A DNA stretch of 64,000 nt from Pseudomonadota bacterium (GCA_043818055.1 JBDRGF010000141.1:1-64000), one strand, 5' to 3'. Counted from the stretch's first letter, positions 39,000 to 50,213 are shown. Made by a program: numbers and translations. The notes: generated by a model from the letters alone, not told the origin.

Positions 39000-39971
39000 A
39001 TGAAAAACAGGGATAAGGATATTTCAATAGTCGTTCCTTTCTACAACGAAGAGGAGAGTCTTAGGCGTTTGTATGACGAACTCAAGGCCTCTTTGTCTCG
39101 CACAAAATACAGCTATGAGATCATCTTCGTCGACGATGGGAGTGCTGACAAAAGTTTTTCTATAATACAGGGTTTGGCCAAAGCGGACCCGAATGTCAAG
39201 GCGGTCAAGTTTATGCGCAACTTCGGTCAGACAGCAGCGATGTCTGCTGGATTTCACCATGCAAACGGCAGGGTCTATGTTGCAATTGATGCCGATAATC
39301 AAAACGACCCAGCTGACATCCCGGGCCTCATGGCAAAACTTGAGGAGGGTTTCGACGTCGTCTCCGGATGGAGGAAGAATCGCAAGGATAAGTTTATCAC
39401 AAGGCGACTTCCCTCGATATTGGCGAACCGGCTTCTTTCCAAGGTGACGGGTGTAAAGCTCAATGACTATGGCTGTTCGCTCAAGGTGTACCGGGCCGAG
39501 TATATCGATTCTATCTCTCTTTACGGAGAGATGCATCGCTTCATACCGGCATATGCGCATATGGCAGGGGCAAAGGTTGCGGAAATACCTGTCAATCACA
39601 GGGCGAGAACCAAAGGGAGTTCAAAATACGGACTCTCCCGGATATTCAAGGTTGTCATCGATCTAATCACCGTCAAATTTCTACAGAGTCTCTCAACCAA
39701 GCCCGGCTATCTCTTCGGGGGATTGGGATTCACTCTCTGTGGTTTCGGTGTGTTGTCCGGGATGGAGGTCATACTGGAAAAAATGATCGCCGGCACAAGG
39801 GCTCATAATAATCCATTCTTGCTATTGGCTGTGTTCTTGTTTTTTCTCGGTGTCCAGCTCGTGCTGATGGGTCTTCTTGCCGAACTTCAGGTCCGAACAT
39901 ATCATGAATCGCAGAACAAACCTACTTATCTTGTGAAGGAAACTTTGAATATCGCTCATACTTCGAAGTGA
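39000..39971 (+). CDS. Glycosyltransferase family 2 (ArnC/GtrB-like, undecaprenyl-phosphate)
   Basis: SIVVPFYNEEE, FVDDGS.D, RNFGQ.AA..AG, DADNQNDP, VVSGWR, HRFIP; two C-terminal TM segments. Confidence 0.92.
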   Translation: MKNRDKDISIVVPFYNEEESLRRLYDELKASLSRTKYSYEIIFVDDGSADKSFSIIQGLAKADPNVKAVKFMRNFGQTAAMSAGFHHANGRVYVAIDADNQNDPADIPGLMAKLEEGFDVVSGWRKNRKDKFITRRLPSILANRLLSKVTGVKLNDYGCSLKVYRAEYIDSISLYGEMHRFIPAYAHMAGAKVAEIPVNHRARTKGSSKYGLSRIFKVVIDLITVKFLQSLSTKPGYLFGGLGFTLCGFGVLSGMEVILEKMIAGTRAHNNPFLLLAVFLFFLGVQLVLMGLLAELQVRTYHESQNKPTYLVKETLNIAHTSK

Positions 39972-39975
39972 TTCA

Positions 39976-40809
39976 TCACGGATCGACAAAGAACCATCTG
40001 AATTGTTCTGGTTCAAGTTGATTGCCGTCTTTTCCTATTATTTGATAGATGTAATTTCTTTTCCAATTGAAATCACATTCAATGCCACACGCTCTAATTG
40101 CATTGATCAGAATCTTCAACTTTTTTTTGGCCTCTGTAATCTGTTCCTTTGAAAAACCCCACATACTATCCTTGAGCTGATAATAATTTGGACCACATAT
40201 ATATTCCATAACTATGTATTCATTTCCGTGACAGAGTATTTCTGGTGTACACTTTTCTATTGGAGTTTGTGCGAAAGCTTTATTTATTTGGGAAAACAGA
40301 TCAATTTTATTTTTTGGGTCAAATGGTAGCCTAGGGTTTGCAAAATTAGTAAACAGGGCTTGTGAACCACACATAATAGATTCTCTGATGCCCCCTTTTA
40401 TTTTTATGATGCTCCATGGTAACTCGGGTGCTAGGGCTTTTAATCTATAGACAGTGCATTCACTTCCATGATCTATTGTGCCAATGGTTTCATAACTTGC
40501 ATTTTCAAATTCGAATGATTTAAAAGGGTTACTTGGTAATTCTTTCAAATGTTCGGTTCCATGATTGGGATGCCAAAAACGATGGGGATTATTTTGGATC
40601 AATTCTTTTGTAATACCTGTTTCTATGACACCAGGACTCTTTTCTTTTTTTTGAAATAATGTAAGAAAACGTCTAAAAGGAGTTGTTGGTGATGGCAAAA
40701 TCTTGTGATTGCTTTGATGCTGAGCATCAATTTGTTGTGGAACTATCCCCAGATAAAATGATGTTGTGGGATTTAGGAAAATTGGTACTGCGGATGGTTT
40801 TATTATCAT
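39976..40809 (-). CDS. Orphan protein with a truncated protein-kinase-like fold
   Basis: IDHGSECTVYRL (G-loop), IIKIK, YIVMEYICG, CDFNWKRNYI (catalytic-loop-like) and FFVD at the C-terminus; GGAG RBS; AT-rich. Confidence 0.55.
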   Translation of the reverse strand: MIIKPSAVPIFLNPTTSFYLGIVPQQIDAQHQSNHKILPSPTTPFRRFLTLFQKKEKSPGVIETGITKELIQNNPHRFWHPNHGTEHLKELPSNPFKSFEFENASYETIGTIDHGSECTVYRLKALAPELPWSIIKIKGGIRESIMCGSQALFTNFANPRLPFDPKNKIDLFSQINKAFAQTPIEKCTPEILCHGNEYIVMEYICGPNYYQLKDSMWGFSKEQITEAKKKLKILINAIRACGIECDFNWKRNYIYQIIGKDGNQLEPEQFRWFFVDP

Positions 40810-40942
40810 TGTTGTATCTCCAGCAGCATTATCGGTCTAAGCTCAATTTTTGTTGCCTTATTTCTTGTTAAATCTGCTTGCAATAAGCCTCAAACCGCTT
40901 TAATAGAATGGTCTTCAATTTCAGAGAGTTAGGAGACGATGC

Positions 40943-43375
40943 ATGGATCAAAGAGATTACAATCCAAGTCAGATCGAAACAAAATGGCAGAAAAAATGGG
41001 ATGAAGAGAAACTTTTTGCTGTCGAAGAAGGGGATCCCGACAAAAAATATTACATGCTCGAGATGCTTCCGTATCCGTCGGGAAGGCTGCACATGGGGCA
41101 TGTCAGGAACTATACGATAGGCGATGTGGCCGCGCGCTTTCGCATGATGCAAGGGTGGAGCGTTTTGCATCCCATCGGATGGGATGCATTCGGGATGCCT
41201 GCTGAGAACGCGGCAATCGAACGCAAGGTGCATCCGGCGGAATGGACGCATAAGTGCATAGACAACATGCGCAATCAGCTTAAGCGCCTCGGCTATACAT
41301 ACGACTGGCGAAGGGAGTTTGCGACCTGCGATCCTGATTATTACAAGTGGGAACAGCTCGTATTTCTCAAAATGTACGAAAAGGGGTGGGCATACAAGAA
41401 GGAATCTTTGGTCAACTGGTGCGAGAAGTGTGACACGGTGCTTGCCAATGAGCAGGTCGTCGATGGTAAGTGCTGGCGCTGCGACGCATCTGTCACGATG
41501 AAGTCGCTCTCTCAGTGGTTTTTCAAGACGACCGACTATGCGGAAGAACTTTTAAACGATATCGATGACAAGCTCACGGGCTGGCCGGAGCGCGTCAAGA
41601 TTATGCAGAGGGAGTGGATAGGAAAGAGCAAGGGTGCAGTTGTCGAATTTGAAATTGAAGGCGAATCAGAAAAACTCGAAATTTTCACGACGCGTCCCGA
41701 CACACTTTATGGCGTCACGTTCATGAGCCTCTCATCTGAGCATCCGTTGGCGATGAAGTTAGCGAAGAAATATGGTAAGGAAGCTGAGATGCTTAAATTT
41801 GCAGAGCGCACCTCCCACATCGATCATGATAAGCGCATTACTGGTGAATATGAAAAGGAAGGGCTTTTTACAGGTGCATACGCTATCAATCCGGTCGACT
41901 CAGAGCGGGTACCGATCTATGCGGCAAACTTTGTGTTGATGGCTTACGGCACCGGCGCAGTGATGGCTGTACCTGCGCATGACCAGAGGGATTTCGAATT
42001 CGCGAAAAAATATTCACTGTCCATAAAGGTTGTGATCCATCCAGATGGTGAGAAGCTTGATGCCTCCACCATAGAGGGCGCATTCGAGGGTAGTGGGGTG
42101 ATGGTCGACTCATCGCATTTCAGTGGCCTCAATTCTTTGGAAGGGATAGGTGCAGTCACAAAATATTTAGAGGAGAAGGGGTGGGGGAAATTCAAGACGA
42201 CATATCGTCTGAGGGACTGGGGGCTTTCGCGCCAGAGATATTGGGGCGCGCCGATTCCTATCATCTATTGTGATAGATGCGGTGTGGTCGAAGTCCCCGA
42301 AGATCAGCTCCCTGTCGCTTTGCCGAAGGATGTCGAATTTACTGGAGAAGGTGGAAATCCTTTGAATAAAGTAGAATCATTTGTGAATGTAAAGTGTCCG
42401 AAGTGTGGTGAAAGCGCAAAGCGCGAGACCGACACGATGGACACCTTCGTCGAGTCATCGTGGTATCTCTTGCGCTACGCATCGCCACATTATGAAAAGG
42501 CGATACTCGATAAGAAGAAGGCTGCCTACTGGCTACCTGTCGATCAATACGTCGGAGGAATCGAGCACGCGGTTGGCCATCTGATATATTGCAGGTACTA
42601 TACAAAGATACTGCGCGATCTCGGTTATATTGATATCGATGAACCGGTTAAAAATCTGATGACGCAGGGGATGGTCTATAAGGATGGCGCGAAGATGAGC
42701 AAGTCGAAGGGGAATGTTGTCGATCCAGATGATATGATCGATAAGTATGGCGCGGATGTGACACGCCTTTTCATATTGTTTGCAGCCCCTCCGGTGAAGG
42801 ATCTTGAATGGAGCGACAAGGGGGTTGAGGGGAGCAGCCGTTTCGTTCAGCGCATCTGGCGCTTCGTCATGGATTGGAAGGAGCTCTCTCCAAAAGTTGC
42901 ACCAGATTCCGAGATAGAGAAGATCAAACACAAGACGATCAAAAAGGTGACCGATGACATCGAAGGATTTCATTATAATACTGCTATCTCGGCGCTCATG
43001 GAATACACTAATTTTCTTTATCAAATGAGCGCGGATAAAACTCCGAAGGATGCCATCGAGGTTCTTCTCGCTCTGATATCTCCATTCGCTCCGCATGTCG
43101 CTGATGAGCTGTGGAGATATATCGGGAACGAAGGCTATCTGATCAGACATCCGTGGCCGGAATATGATGAGACCAAAGTTGTCGAGGAGAGCATGCTTGT
43201 CATCGTGCAGGTGAACGGAAAGCTCAGGGATAAGCTCACAGTCTCTGTTGATGTCTCGGAGGATGAGATCAAAGAGATGGCGCTTAAGAGCGAGCACGCG
43301 AAAAAGTTTATTGAGGGAAAGCCGCCTAAAAAGGTAATCTACGTGAAAGGAAAGTTGGTCAACATAGTTGTTTGA
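40943..43375 (+). CDS. leuS: Leucine--tRNA ligase
   Basis: [42 protein letters not shown]. Confidence 0.98.
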   Translation: MDQRDYNPSQIETKWQKKWDEEKLFAVEEGDPDKKYYMLEMLPYPSGRLHMGHVRNYTIGDVAARFRMMQGWSVLHPIGWDAFGMPAENAAIERKVHPAEWTHKCIDNMRNQLKRLGYTYDWRREFATCDPDYYKWEQLVFLKMYEKGWAYKKESLVNWCEKCDTVLANEQVVDGKCWRCDASVTMKSLSQWFFKTTDYAEELLNDIDDKLTGWPERVKIMQREWIGKSKGAVVEFEIEGESEKLEIFTTRPDTLYGVTFMSLSSEHPLAMKLAKKYGKEAEMLKFAERTSHIDHDKRITGEYEKEGLFTGAYAINPVDSERVPIYAANFVLMAYGTGAVMAVPAHDQRDFEFAKKYSLSIKVVIHPDGEKLDASTIEGAFEGSGVMVDSSHFSGLNSLEGIGAVTKYLEEKGWGKFKTTYRLRDWGLSRQRYWGAPIPIIYCDRCGVVEVPEDQLPVALPKDVEFTGEGGNPLNKVESFVNVKCPKCGESAKRETDTMDTFVESSWYLLRYASPHYEKAILDKKKAAYWLPVDQYVGGIEHAVGHLIYCRYYTKILRDLGYIDIDEPVKNLMTQGMVYKDGAKMSKSKGNVVDPDDMIDKYGADVTRLFILFAAPPVKDLEWSDKGVEGSSRFVQRIWRFVMDWKELSPKVAPDSEIEKIKHKTIKKVTDDIEGFHYNTAISALMEYTNFLYQMSADKTPKDAIEVLLALISPFAPHVADELWRYIGNEGYLIRHPWPEYDETKVVEESMLVIVQVNGKLRDKLTVSVDVSEDEIKEMALKSEHAKKFIEGKPPKKVIYVKGKLVNIVV

Positions 43376-44400
43376 TGACCAACGACGATTCTATGCCTAA
43401 GATGGATATTACAGTTTTGTCGAGAGAGCTGGAGGCGGGGAGGGTTGCTTCAATATATCTTCTAGTAGGTGAAGAGCGCTTTTTAGCCGATCGTTCTATT
43501 GAGATGATAAGAGGTAAGTTGTCGCAATCACAATCTTCCGAACTCTCCAGCCTGTCGCTCACGGGAAAAGAGGTGAAAGCAAATCGCGTAGTAGAAGCGC
43601 TGAATTCTATGTCTCTTCTTGGTGGGACGAATACTGTTATAATCAGAGATGGGGAAAAGGTTTCGTCAAATGTTTTGAACGACCTCATCGAATACATTGA
43701 ACATCCTAATCCAAATTCGCTTCTCATCATTCAGGCTGTTAAATTAGATGGAAGAAGCCGTTTCGTGAAGGAGGCTCAAAAGAGCGGAACTGTCATTGAA
43801 TGTAAACCTCTCTATCAGAACAAACTTCCTTACTGGGTCAGCATCGAGGCAAAGCGTTTTAAAAAGCGCATCGCTCAGGATGCCTCAGAGTATCTGTCGG
43901 AGATCGTCGGCTCCGATCTTGGGCAGTTGTCGCAATCACTCGAGCGCCTTTCATATTATATTGGTGAGAGGCCCATGATTGAACTGAAGGATGTGGAAGA
44001 AGTAATTTCGGAGACCTCTCAGAAGAGCATCTTTGATCTCACTGATGCGCTGGGGGGGAAGGCTTGGGAGGGGATGCTCAAGCTGCTCAACAATCTTATA
44101 GAAAATAATCAGGTACCCCTCATGATCCTCTCGATGATCGCCAGACACTTTCGTATTTTGGTCAAGGCCAAGGAGCTGACAAAGAGAAGGATAACATCGC
44201 AGGAGGCGGCTTCATATCTCGGCGTACATCCATTTTTTGTCGAACGCTATCTTGGACAGGCAAAGAATTTCACATCACAGGAATTGAAAGATGTCTTTTT
44301 CAACCTCTCGCAGGCGGACAGAAAACTGAAATCGAGTTCTATCAACGCGCAGAGAGTGCTGGAATATACCTTCAGTAAAATTTGTGGAATGAAAATTTAA
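43375..44400 (+). CDS. holA: DNA polymerase III delta subunit (start uncertain)
   Basis: IYLLVGEE.FL, KLDGR, G.DL..L...LE.L, IFDLTDA, L..AD.KLKSS; lies between leuS and rpsT. Confidence 0.9.
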   Translation: MTNDDSMPKMDITVLSRELEAGRVASIYLLVGEERFLADRSIEMIRGKLSQSQSSELSSLSLTGKEVKANRVVEALNSMSLLGGTNTVIIRDGEKVSSNVLNDLIEYIEHPNPNSLLIIQAVKLDGRSRFVKEAQKSGTVIECKPLYQNKLPYWVSIEAKRFKKRIAQDASEYLSEIVGSDLGQLSQSLERLSYYIGERPMIELKDVEEVISETSQKSIFDLTDALGGKAWEGMLKLLNNLIENNQVPLMILSMIARHFRILVKAKELTKRRITSQEAASYLGVHPFFVERYLGQAKNFTSQELKDVFFNLSQADRKLKSSSINAQRVLEYTFSKICGMKI

Positions 44401-44681
44401 GAATTTGCGTTAGCTTTGTTCGTAGCTAAAGTAAGCCTTGAAATTATTCTGGAAGAGCGCTTCTTGGGAATGATCCCCTTGCTCGCTGCCTTATCTACAG
44501 CAGGAATTGTTGTCTTCAAAGTCTCTGATGATGGGTTTGCCTTCACCTTTTTTATAGCAGTGCGAAGCGCAGATTTCTGATTTCTATTTCTTTCAGTGCG
44601 CTTTATCGTCTGTCGTTCCCTTTTAAATGCCGAAAGATGACGTCCGGGTGCCAATTTCTTTTTTGCAGTATTCGTTGCCAT
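44397..44681 (-). CDS. rpsT: 30S ribosomal protein S20
   Basis: SA.KR.RQ..KR..RNR..KS.LRTAIKK, DKAASKGII.K..SR..SRL. Confidence 0.95.
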   Translation of the reverse strand: MATNTAKKKLAPGRHLSAFKRERQTIKRTERNRNQKSALRTAIKKVKANPSSETLKTTIPAVDKAASKGIIPKKRSSRIISRLTLATNKANANS

Positions 44682-45058
44682 TTATTTCTCCTCGTTTCTT
44701 TAAATGTAAATGGGCTGCTAACATGAAACTCATTGAACTGTCAAGGGATTTGGGAAATTCCGTAAGCCTGAAATTTTGCTTAATTCTTCAATAGACTCGA
44801 CACCTCATCTGTAACCATTTGAAATATATGGCTAAAAAAACACCTTTTTTTAAGCAACTTTTCTGAATTGGGGACGATAATACACATGTAAAATTCATTA
44901 TATCTCTTAGTAAGTTGAGATCTTTAAATTCTAAATCTGGCAAAATTTTGCACTCTTTTGACCAAAAGAGAAGCTGGGGAGCAAGAACCTCAAACCCCAC
45001 GTGATTGTATTTAGTGCAGAAAAAAAATATGGGAATCAGATAGTTGCAAAGCCAATTT

Positions 45059-45075
45059 TTGGTATCCATCTTGCA
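45059..45075 (+). promoter_or_regulatory. sigma54 promoter of the transglycosylase gene
   Basis: TTGGTATCCATCTTGCA (GG-N10-GC); IHF-like AATCAGATAGTTG just upstream; TGG-N11-ACT palindrome near 44938. Confidence 0.6.
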
Positions 45076-45088
45076 GAGACTAATAGGC

Positions 45089-45619
45089 ATGAAGATAAAA
45101 CACATAACAACAGCTTTGATTTTGTTAACGATCCTCTGGATCCCGCTTCAGATGTCAGTGAACCTTTCCAAACAGGCACTGATTGCCAAAGAAGAAGCGG
45201 AATTGGTTGAGAAGGAGATCCAGTTTTTAACGCATATAATAGATGCGGCAGAAGAGTACGATATGGATCCGGCTTTGATAGCTGCCATCATAAGAGCTGA
45301 ATCTAGTTTTAATCCTAATGCTCGTTCGCCAGTAGGCGCGAAGGGTTTGATGCAGATCAATGGTATAACCGCTCGTCATTTAGGTATCACGAATTTGTAT
45401 GACCCTAAGACAAATATACAGGCAGGGACGATGTATCTCAGAGAGTTAAAAGAGAGATTCAATGGTAACCTAAAGCTCACGATTGCAGCATATAATGCTG
45501 GCCCAACAGCGGTGAGCAAGTATAAAAGTATTCCCCCTTACAAAGAGACAAAACAATACGTCAAGAAGGTCTTGGAATACTATCAGGAATTCAGATCCCA
45601 TTCGCAATTTTCCGGATAA
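45089..45619 (+). CDS. Lytic transglycosylase (SLT domain) with an N-terminal TM/signal
   Basis: LIAAIIRAESSFNPNA.S..GAKGLMQI, NI.AGT.YL, AAYNAG, ETKQYV. Confidence 0.92.
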   Translation: MKIKHITTALILLTILWIPLQMSVNLSKQALIAKEEAELVEKEIQFLTHIIDAAEEYDMDPALIAAIIRAESSFNPNARSPVGAKGLMQINGITARHLGITNLYDPKTNIQAGTMYLRELKERFNGNLKLTIAAYNAGPTAVSKYKSIPPYKETKQYVKKVLEYYQEFRSHSQFSG

Positions 45620-45718
45620 TTTAAACCCTCAATTGCTAACACTATTCAAATCTTGATTAATGATCATAAAATGAGATAGAAGATCATCTGTAACTTACTT
45701 ACCAAACAAGGGTGCAGA

Positions 45719-47278
45719 TTGAATCTGGAACATCATAAAATAAGCAGGAGGGTGGGTACGGTCAGCTTTTTCACCTTTTTATCCCGTATCATGGGTCTTG
45801 TGCGTGATATGGTCATGGCCTCAGTCTTTGGCGCGACCAACTTTGCAGATGCGTTTTACGTCGCCTTCAGAATTCCAAATTTACTAAGACGATTGACAGC
45901 AGAGGGTGCTTTGACGATCGCGTTCGTTCCGGTTTTTACGGAATATCTGAAAAAATCCCGTTTGGATGCGCGAGTTGTCGCGTCGGTTGTATTTACATAT
46001 CTTTCCCTCATTCTTGTCGCAATCTCGCTTTTAGGAATTCTGTTTGCGCCGATCATCATAAAGGTTATGGCCTATGGGTTCACACATGAACCTCAAAAGT
46101 ATGAATTAACAGTTTATCTTACAAGGCTGATGTTTCCGTATGTGATATTAGTCAGCCTCGTCGCATTGGCGATGGGAATTTTAAATTCGATGAAACACTT
46201 TGCCGCGCCGGCTGCCGCCCCTGTAGTTTTAAACCTCGGGATAATCTTTGGGGCGCTTGTTTTGTCGAAACTTTTTAACATTTCGATCATCGGTGCCGCC
46301 TTTGGTGTATTGGTAGGAGGAATGCTGCAGCTCATAATGCAGATTCCTGTTTTGCAAAGAGAGGGGATGTTGCCTAAATTCTCTTTCAAACCTCATCCCG
46401 CTATGAAAAGTCTGCTCCTTTTGATGATCCCCAGCGCACTTGGCGCTGCCGTTTATCAGGTAAATGTGTTGGTGGTGACGTTGCTCGCATCTTTTTTGCC
46501 TGAGGGGAGTATCAGCTATCTCTGGTTCGGAGATAGATTAGCGGAGTTTCCGCTCGGCATATTCGGGATAGCGATCGCAACAGCTGCTCTTCCGAGCCTC
46601 TCCGATCAAGCATCAAATCGGGATATGGTATCGTTCAGGGAGACTATAAATTACAGTTTAAGGCTATCTTTTTTGATAACGATTCCTGCTGCTGTAGGAC
46701 TTTTTATATTAGCACTTCCTATCGTGAAGCTTCTCTTTCAACGTGGAAAATTCAATGCAGCAACTGCAAGCGCAACAGCCCTAACATTGCAATATTTTGC
46801 TCTTAAGATTCCCTTCGTGAGTGCAGTAAGAAATCTCGTGCCGGGGTTTTTCGCTTTACGCGATGCAAAGACGCCGGTCTATGTTTCAACTGCAGTTGTA
46901 GCGTTGAATGCCTTAGTTGCGTTTATTCTTATGCAGTATTTAAGTTACGCTGGACTGGCCCTTGCGCTGGCTATATCCTCCGCATTCAATTACTTCACTT
47001 TGTTCTATCTATTCAGAAGGAAGGTCGGTCTTCTGGGTGGAAAGAGGCTTATGGTATCGATTATCAAGACTCTTCTTTGCTCTATCGTTATGGCGATTGT
47101 TTTGTATATTGGTGACATATGGATAGATATCGGCGCCGAGGTTTCAACTTGGATATTGATGTTCAAACTTCTTTTGACAATTACAATAGGGATTGTAATT
47201 TACATTTCCATCATCAGGCTGGTCAGTCCTAATGAATTTCGGGCGCTGGCCGCCATAGTTCGCAGCAGGAGGAAATAA
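45719..47278 (+). CDS. murJ: Lipid II flippase MurJ
   Basis: SRI.GLVRD....FGA...ADAF.VAFRIPNLLRRL.AEGA, DRL.EFPLG.FG, LFQRGKF. Confidence 0.96.
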   Translation: MNLEHHKISRRVGTVSFFTFLSRIMGLVRDMVMASVFGATNFADAFYVAFRIPNLLRRLTAEGALTIAFVPVFTEYLKKSRLDARVVASVVFTYLSLILVAISLLGILFAPIIIKVMAYGFTHEPQKYELTVYLTRLMFPYVILVSLVALAMGILNSMKHFAAPAAAPVVLNLGIIFGALVLSKLFNISIIGAAFGVLVGGMLQLIMQIPVLQREGMLPKFSFKPHPAMKSLLLLMIPSALGAAVYQVNVLVVTLLASFLPEGSISYLWFGDRLAEFPLGIFGIAIATAALPSLSDQASNRDMVSFRETINYSLRLSFLITIPAAVGLFILALPIVKLLFQRGKFNAATASATALTLQYFALKIPFVSAVRNLVPGFFALRDAKTPVYVSTAVVALNALVAFILMQYLSYAGLALALAISSAFNYFTLFYLFRRKVGLLGGKRLMVSIIKTLLCSIVMAIVLYIGDIWIDIGAEVSTWILMFKLLLTITIGIVIYISIIRLVSPNEFRALAAIVRSRRK

Positions 47279-47281
47279 CAT

Positions 47282-47608
47282 ATGCCAAAGATATATCAGC
47301 CGATCTGTGCATTCAGGAGAAGGTGTTACCTGACATCCTTCAAATTCAAAGCTATGAGGATGATTCAATATGTTTCAATTAATGTTGATTCGTTAGCATC
47401 TGCCAAAAGGGTCTGTGCGAAACAGTCAAAGGCTTCTCAGGTAAGGCCTGACTGGGCATATAAATGCTCGAGATGGAAACTGGATAAGGGCGCTACTACT
47501 ATTCACGATCTCTCAGCACCAGCGGTAGAATCGAAAACGTCGGCTAAAACTTTTTTTCAAAGATTGTTCGCGAGCCTAGCAAAGGGACTAAGATGTAATG
47601 CAAAATAA
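47282..47608 (+). CDS. Hypothetical basic protein
   Basis: Strong AGGAGG RBS; ORF fills the gap between murJ and the convergent gene; no recognisable motif. Confidence 0.45.
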   Translation: MPKIYQPICAFRRRCYLTSFKFKAMRMIQYVSINVDSLASAKRVCAKQSKASQVRPDWAYKCSRWKLDKGATTIHDLSAPAVESKTSAKTFFQRLFASLAKGLRCNAK

Positions 47609-47611
47609 TAT

Positions 47612-47803
47612 CTATTTATAACACTTCACAAATCTCTCTACCGATCGGTCGTAGGTCTTTTCTACCTCTGGTGGAAAAAGACAGCCCGGCAGCTCCCCAT
47701 TTTTCTGGTGATAGGCGATGCACTCACAACAGACACCTTTTCTGGAGCATGGTTCATATGTGCATGTGCATGTTGATTTGTTTTTTTGAATGTTACAGTC
47801 CAT
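47612..47803 (-). CDS. Small Cys-rich protein (DUF6485-like)
   Basis: [18 protein letters not shown]...GELPGC.FP...EKTYDRS; overlaps the mazG 3' end. Confidence 0.75.
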   Translation of the reverse strand: MDCNIQKNKSTCTCTYEPCSRKGVCCECIAYHQKNGELPGCLFPPEVEKTYDRSVERFVKCYK

Positions 47804-48563
47804 TGCTTTTGGCCTCCTCCCAAAGTTTTTCCCATTCATCCGGCGATAGTTGTTGCAGTTTTTTTGGGCTTTTTTCTTCCATATGTTGAAATCGGTTAGT
47901 AAACCTTTCTGTAGCCTTTCGGAGAGCCCCTTCGGGGTCGATTTTCAGGAACCTGCCGACGTTGGCAAGTGTAAAAAGAAGATCGCCGAATTCATGTTCT
48001 ATTTTGTCTTTGTTGTTCTCATCTCTGGCCGCATGTAGTTCGCGCACCTCTTCTTCCACTTTTACTATGATGCCTGTCGCATCACTCCAGTCAAATCCAA
48101 CCCTGCTCGTCTTTTCTCCAAGCCTGTACGCCTTGAGAAGGGCAGGGAGGTGTTTTGGGACGCCGCCCACGACCGATTTTTTCCCCTCCTCCTGTTTCAA
48201 TTCTTCCCAGCGCTCAAGGACTTCATTGCTTCCGGAAACTTTTGATTCTCCAAATACATGCGGATGGCGATGGATCAACTTGTCGCAAATCCCCTCAATC
48301 ACATCGTATATATCGAATCGCTTTTCCTCGACAGCTATTTGAGCATAGAAGATGATTTGCAAAAGAAGATCGCCCAGCTCCTCCTTGAGAGCTGTGAAAT
48401 CCTCCTTATCGATAGAATCGAGCACTTCGTACGCCTCTTCCAGCGTATGCGGTGCGATATCTTTGTAGGACTGCTCCCTGTCCCAAGGGCAGCCATCAGG
48501 GGCTCTCAGGCGCGTCATGATTTCTACAAGGCTTTCGAAGTCTCTCTTATTATTTTTTTTCAT
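47793..48563 (-). CDS. mazG: Nucleoside triphosphate pyrophosphohydrolase MazG
   Basis: [48 protein letters not shown]. Confidence 0.96.
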   Translation of the reverse strand: MKKNNKRDFESLVEIMTRLRAPDGCPWDREQSYKDIAPHTLEEAYEVLDSIDKEDFTALKEELGDLLLQIIFYAQIAVEEKRFDIYDVIEGICDKLIHRHPHVFGESKVSGSNEVLERWEELKQEEGKKSVVGGVPKHLPALLKAYRLGEKTSRVGFDWSDATGIIVKVEEEVRELHAARDENNKDKIEHEFGDLLFTLANVGRFLKIDPEGALRKATERFTNRFQHMEEKSPKKLQQLSPDEWEKLWEEAKSNGL

Positions 48564-48688
48564 AGGGGGTATCCATAGGTCAGGTGATGGTATTAGTCAA
48601 ATTTTAGATGGCGAAGTGGACTATTTTTGAAATATTGCTTTATAATTGCGTTATGATAAGGAAACAGGTCGAAGCTAAAGGTAAATGC

Positions 48689-49996
48689 ATGAAAAATAAA
48701 GATGACAGATTAAAAATTATACGAATTGCGGGTCTCTCAGCCTTGGGATACTTTTTGATGCTAACTTATTCAATATCCCGGCCGGCGACCGAATCCTTAT
48801 TCCTGCAGGCTCATACCAGCAAAGGCTTACCGACAGTCTGGCTTTTGGTTGCACTCTTCATGCTGATCACCGTCTTTTTCTATAATAAATTTGTAGTACG
48901 AATGGATCTGGTGCGTCTTATGGGTTCAGTCTCTTGTGTCAGCGCGCTTATTTTGACTATACTGATCCTTCTCACAAAGATCGATTTTCCGGGTGTCTAT
49001 TATGCGCTCTATGTCTGGAAGGATATTTACATAGTTGTTCTGGTGGAAATTTTCTATACATTTGCGAATGCTGTATTTCCCATACATACGGCAAGGTGGA
49101 GCTACGGTTTTTTTGGCGTGATGGGTTCCTTAGGGTCTATGACCGGAAATCTTGCGGTTGGAGTTATAGTGAAACATGTGGGTACAGCTAACGCTCTATG
49201 GTTTGTGCCGCCCATGCTTCTCATTGTTTGGTTCAGCATGATGCCATTTTCACGAAAGGCCGGCGTCGGTAAACCGCTTGATGGAATATTTACTTCAAGC
49301 CAACTGAGAAAGACGATAGAAGTTGTGCGCAAAAGCTCTTATCTTTTTTTAATACTTTTACTCATACCTCTTACGCAGATTGCGATAACCATGATCGATT
49401 TTGAATACAACACTGTTTTACAGAATACATTTGGGGATCTGGATATTCGGACAGGGATAATTGGCAAAGTCTATGCCGTGATCTCATTCGGGACGCTTGC
49501 CCTGCATCTGATGACCGGTCCCATTCTTCGCTTGTTTAGGATTCCTGTGACATTGCTTGCTATACCACTACTCTTAGGAAGCGGAGTAGCTATCTTCGCA
49601 TTGATTCCGAAGTTTTTTACGATGGCCATCGTAAAAGTTGCCAGTAAGTGTTTTGATTATTCGCTCTTCAGGGCAGCAAAGGAGATGCTCTACATCCCCT
49701 TGAGCTACGCGGAAAAGACGATAGGTAAATCAGTTGTCGATATGTTGACCTACAGGGTTGCCAAGGGGGGGGCATCTTTGTTGTTGATGGGGCTTTTGGC
49801 TATCAACGGCGGTTCCCTGGTAACATGGACTACACTGTTGATAATTCTTGGTTGGGTGATTATCAGCGTTCTGATTACAATAAGATTTAGAAAGAAGGTG
49901 AGCAGGGATAAGGAGATCAGGTCTGAGGAAAAGGTGTCATTCCACGGTGAGGATGAGATTTTGATAGAATCGGATCTGGAAACGCAAAAAGCCTGA
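48689..49996 (+). CDS. NTP/NDP exchange transporter family (Npt/TLC-like) membrane protein
   Basis: Y.I.RP..ESLF, YVW.DIY...LV..F..FAN..F....AR..YG....GSLG, DYSL.RAAKEMLYIPL...EK..GK..VD...YR.AK; about 12 TM segments. Confidence 0.8.
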   Translation: MKNKDDRLKIIRIAGLSALGYFLMLTYSISRPATESLFLQAHTSKGLPTVWLLVALFMLITVFFYNKFVVRMDLVRLMGSVSCVSALILTILILLTKIDFPGVYYALYVWKDIYIVVLVEIFYTFANAVFPIHTARWSYGFFGVMGSLGSMTGNLAVGVIVKHVGTANALWFVPPMLLIVWFSMMPFSRKAGVGKPLDGIFTSSQLRKTIEVVRKSSYLFLILLLIPLTQIAITMIDFEYNTVLQNTFGDLDIRTGIIGKVYAVISFGTLALHLMTGPILRLFRIPVTLLAIPLLLGSGVAIFALIPKFFTMAIVKVASKCFDYSLFRAAKEMLYIPLSYAEKTIGKSVVDMLTYRVAKGGASLLLMGLLAINGGSLVTWTTLLIILGWVIISVLITIRFRKKVSRDKEIRSEEKVSFHGEDEILIESDLETQKA

Positions 49997-50200
49997 TCAA
50001 TCTTTTCTTCCTGTGGCTTTTGTTATAAGGCCACATACGCAATAGATCGACATGCAGATCATTCCGGTGCAAACCATCAACATTCCATGCAGCCTATAGG
50101 GATTAGTGTAGGAGACGACTATACCTGCCAGGATCAGAACGATTCCAAAAAGCCATGGAGCCCCGAGATAGATCAATTTATCGTGTTTTGATAAGTTCAT
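49997..50200 (-). CDS. Small two-TM hypothetical protein
   Basis: AGGAG RBS; two hydrophobic segments. Confidence 0.6.
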   Translation of the reverse strand: MNLSKHDKLIYLGAPWLFGIVLILAGIVVSYTNPYRLHGMLMVCTGMICMSIYCVCGLITKATGRKD

Positions 50201-50213
50201 TTTTTCTCCTGAA

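Noticed and set aside
42533..43297. Long antisense ORFs (for example 42533-43297, 23292-23993, 62607-63242, 5081-5560)
   Set aside because: They fully overlap well-supported genes on the opposite strand and have no motifs; they are codon-bias shadows.
44937..44953. TGGCAAAATTTTGCA as a sigma54 promoter
   Set aside because: Spacing is GG-N9-GC, which is wrong. It was treated instead as a possible upstream activator palindrome.
44788..45105. 105-aa minus-strand ORF between rpsT and the transglycosylase
   Set aside because: GTG start without an RBS, no motif, and it overlaps the predicted sigma54 regulatory region.
44052..49772. G7 in holA (44052-44058) and G8 in the Npt-like gene (49765-49772) as phase-variable tracts
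   Set aside because: Both are in frame within intact genes and encode Gly codons; nothing indicates switching.
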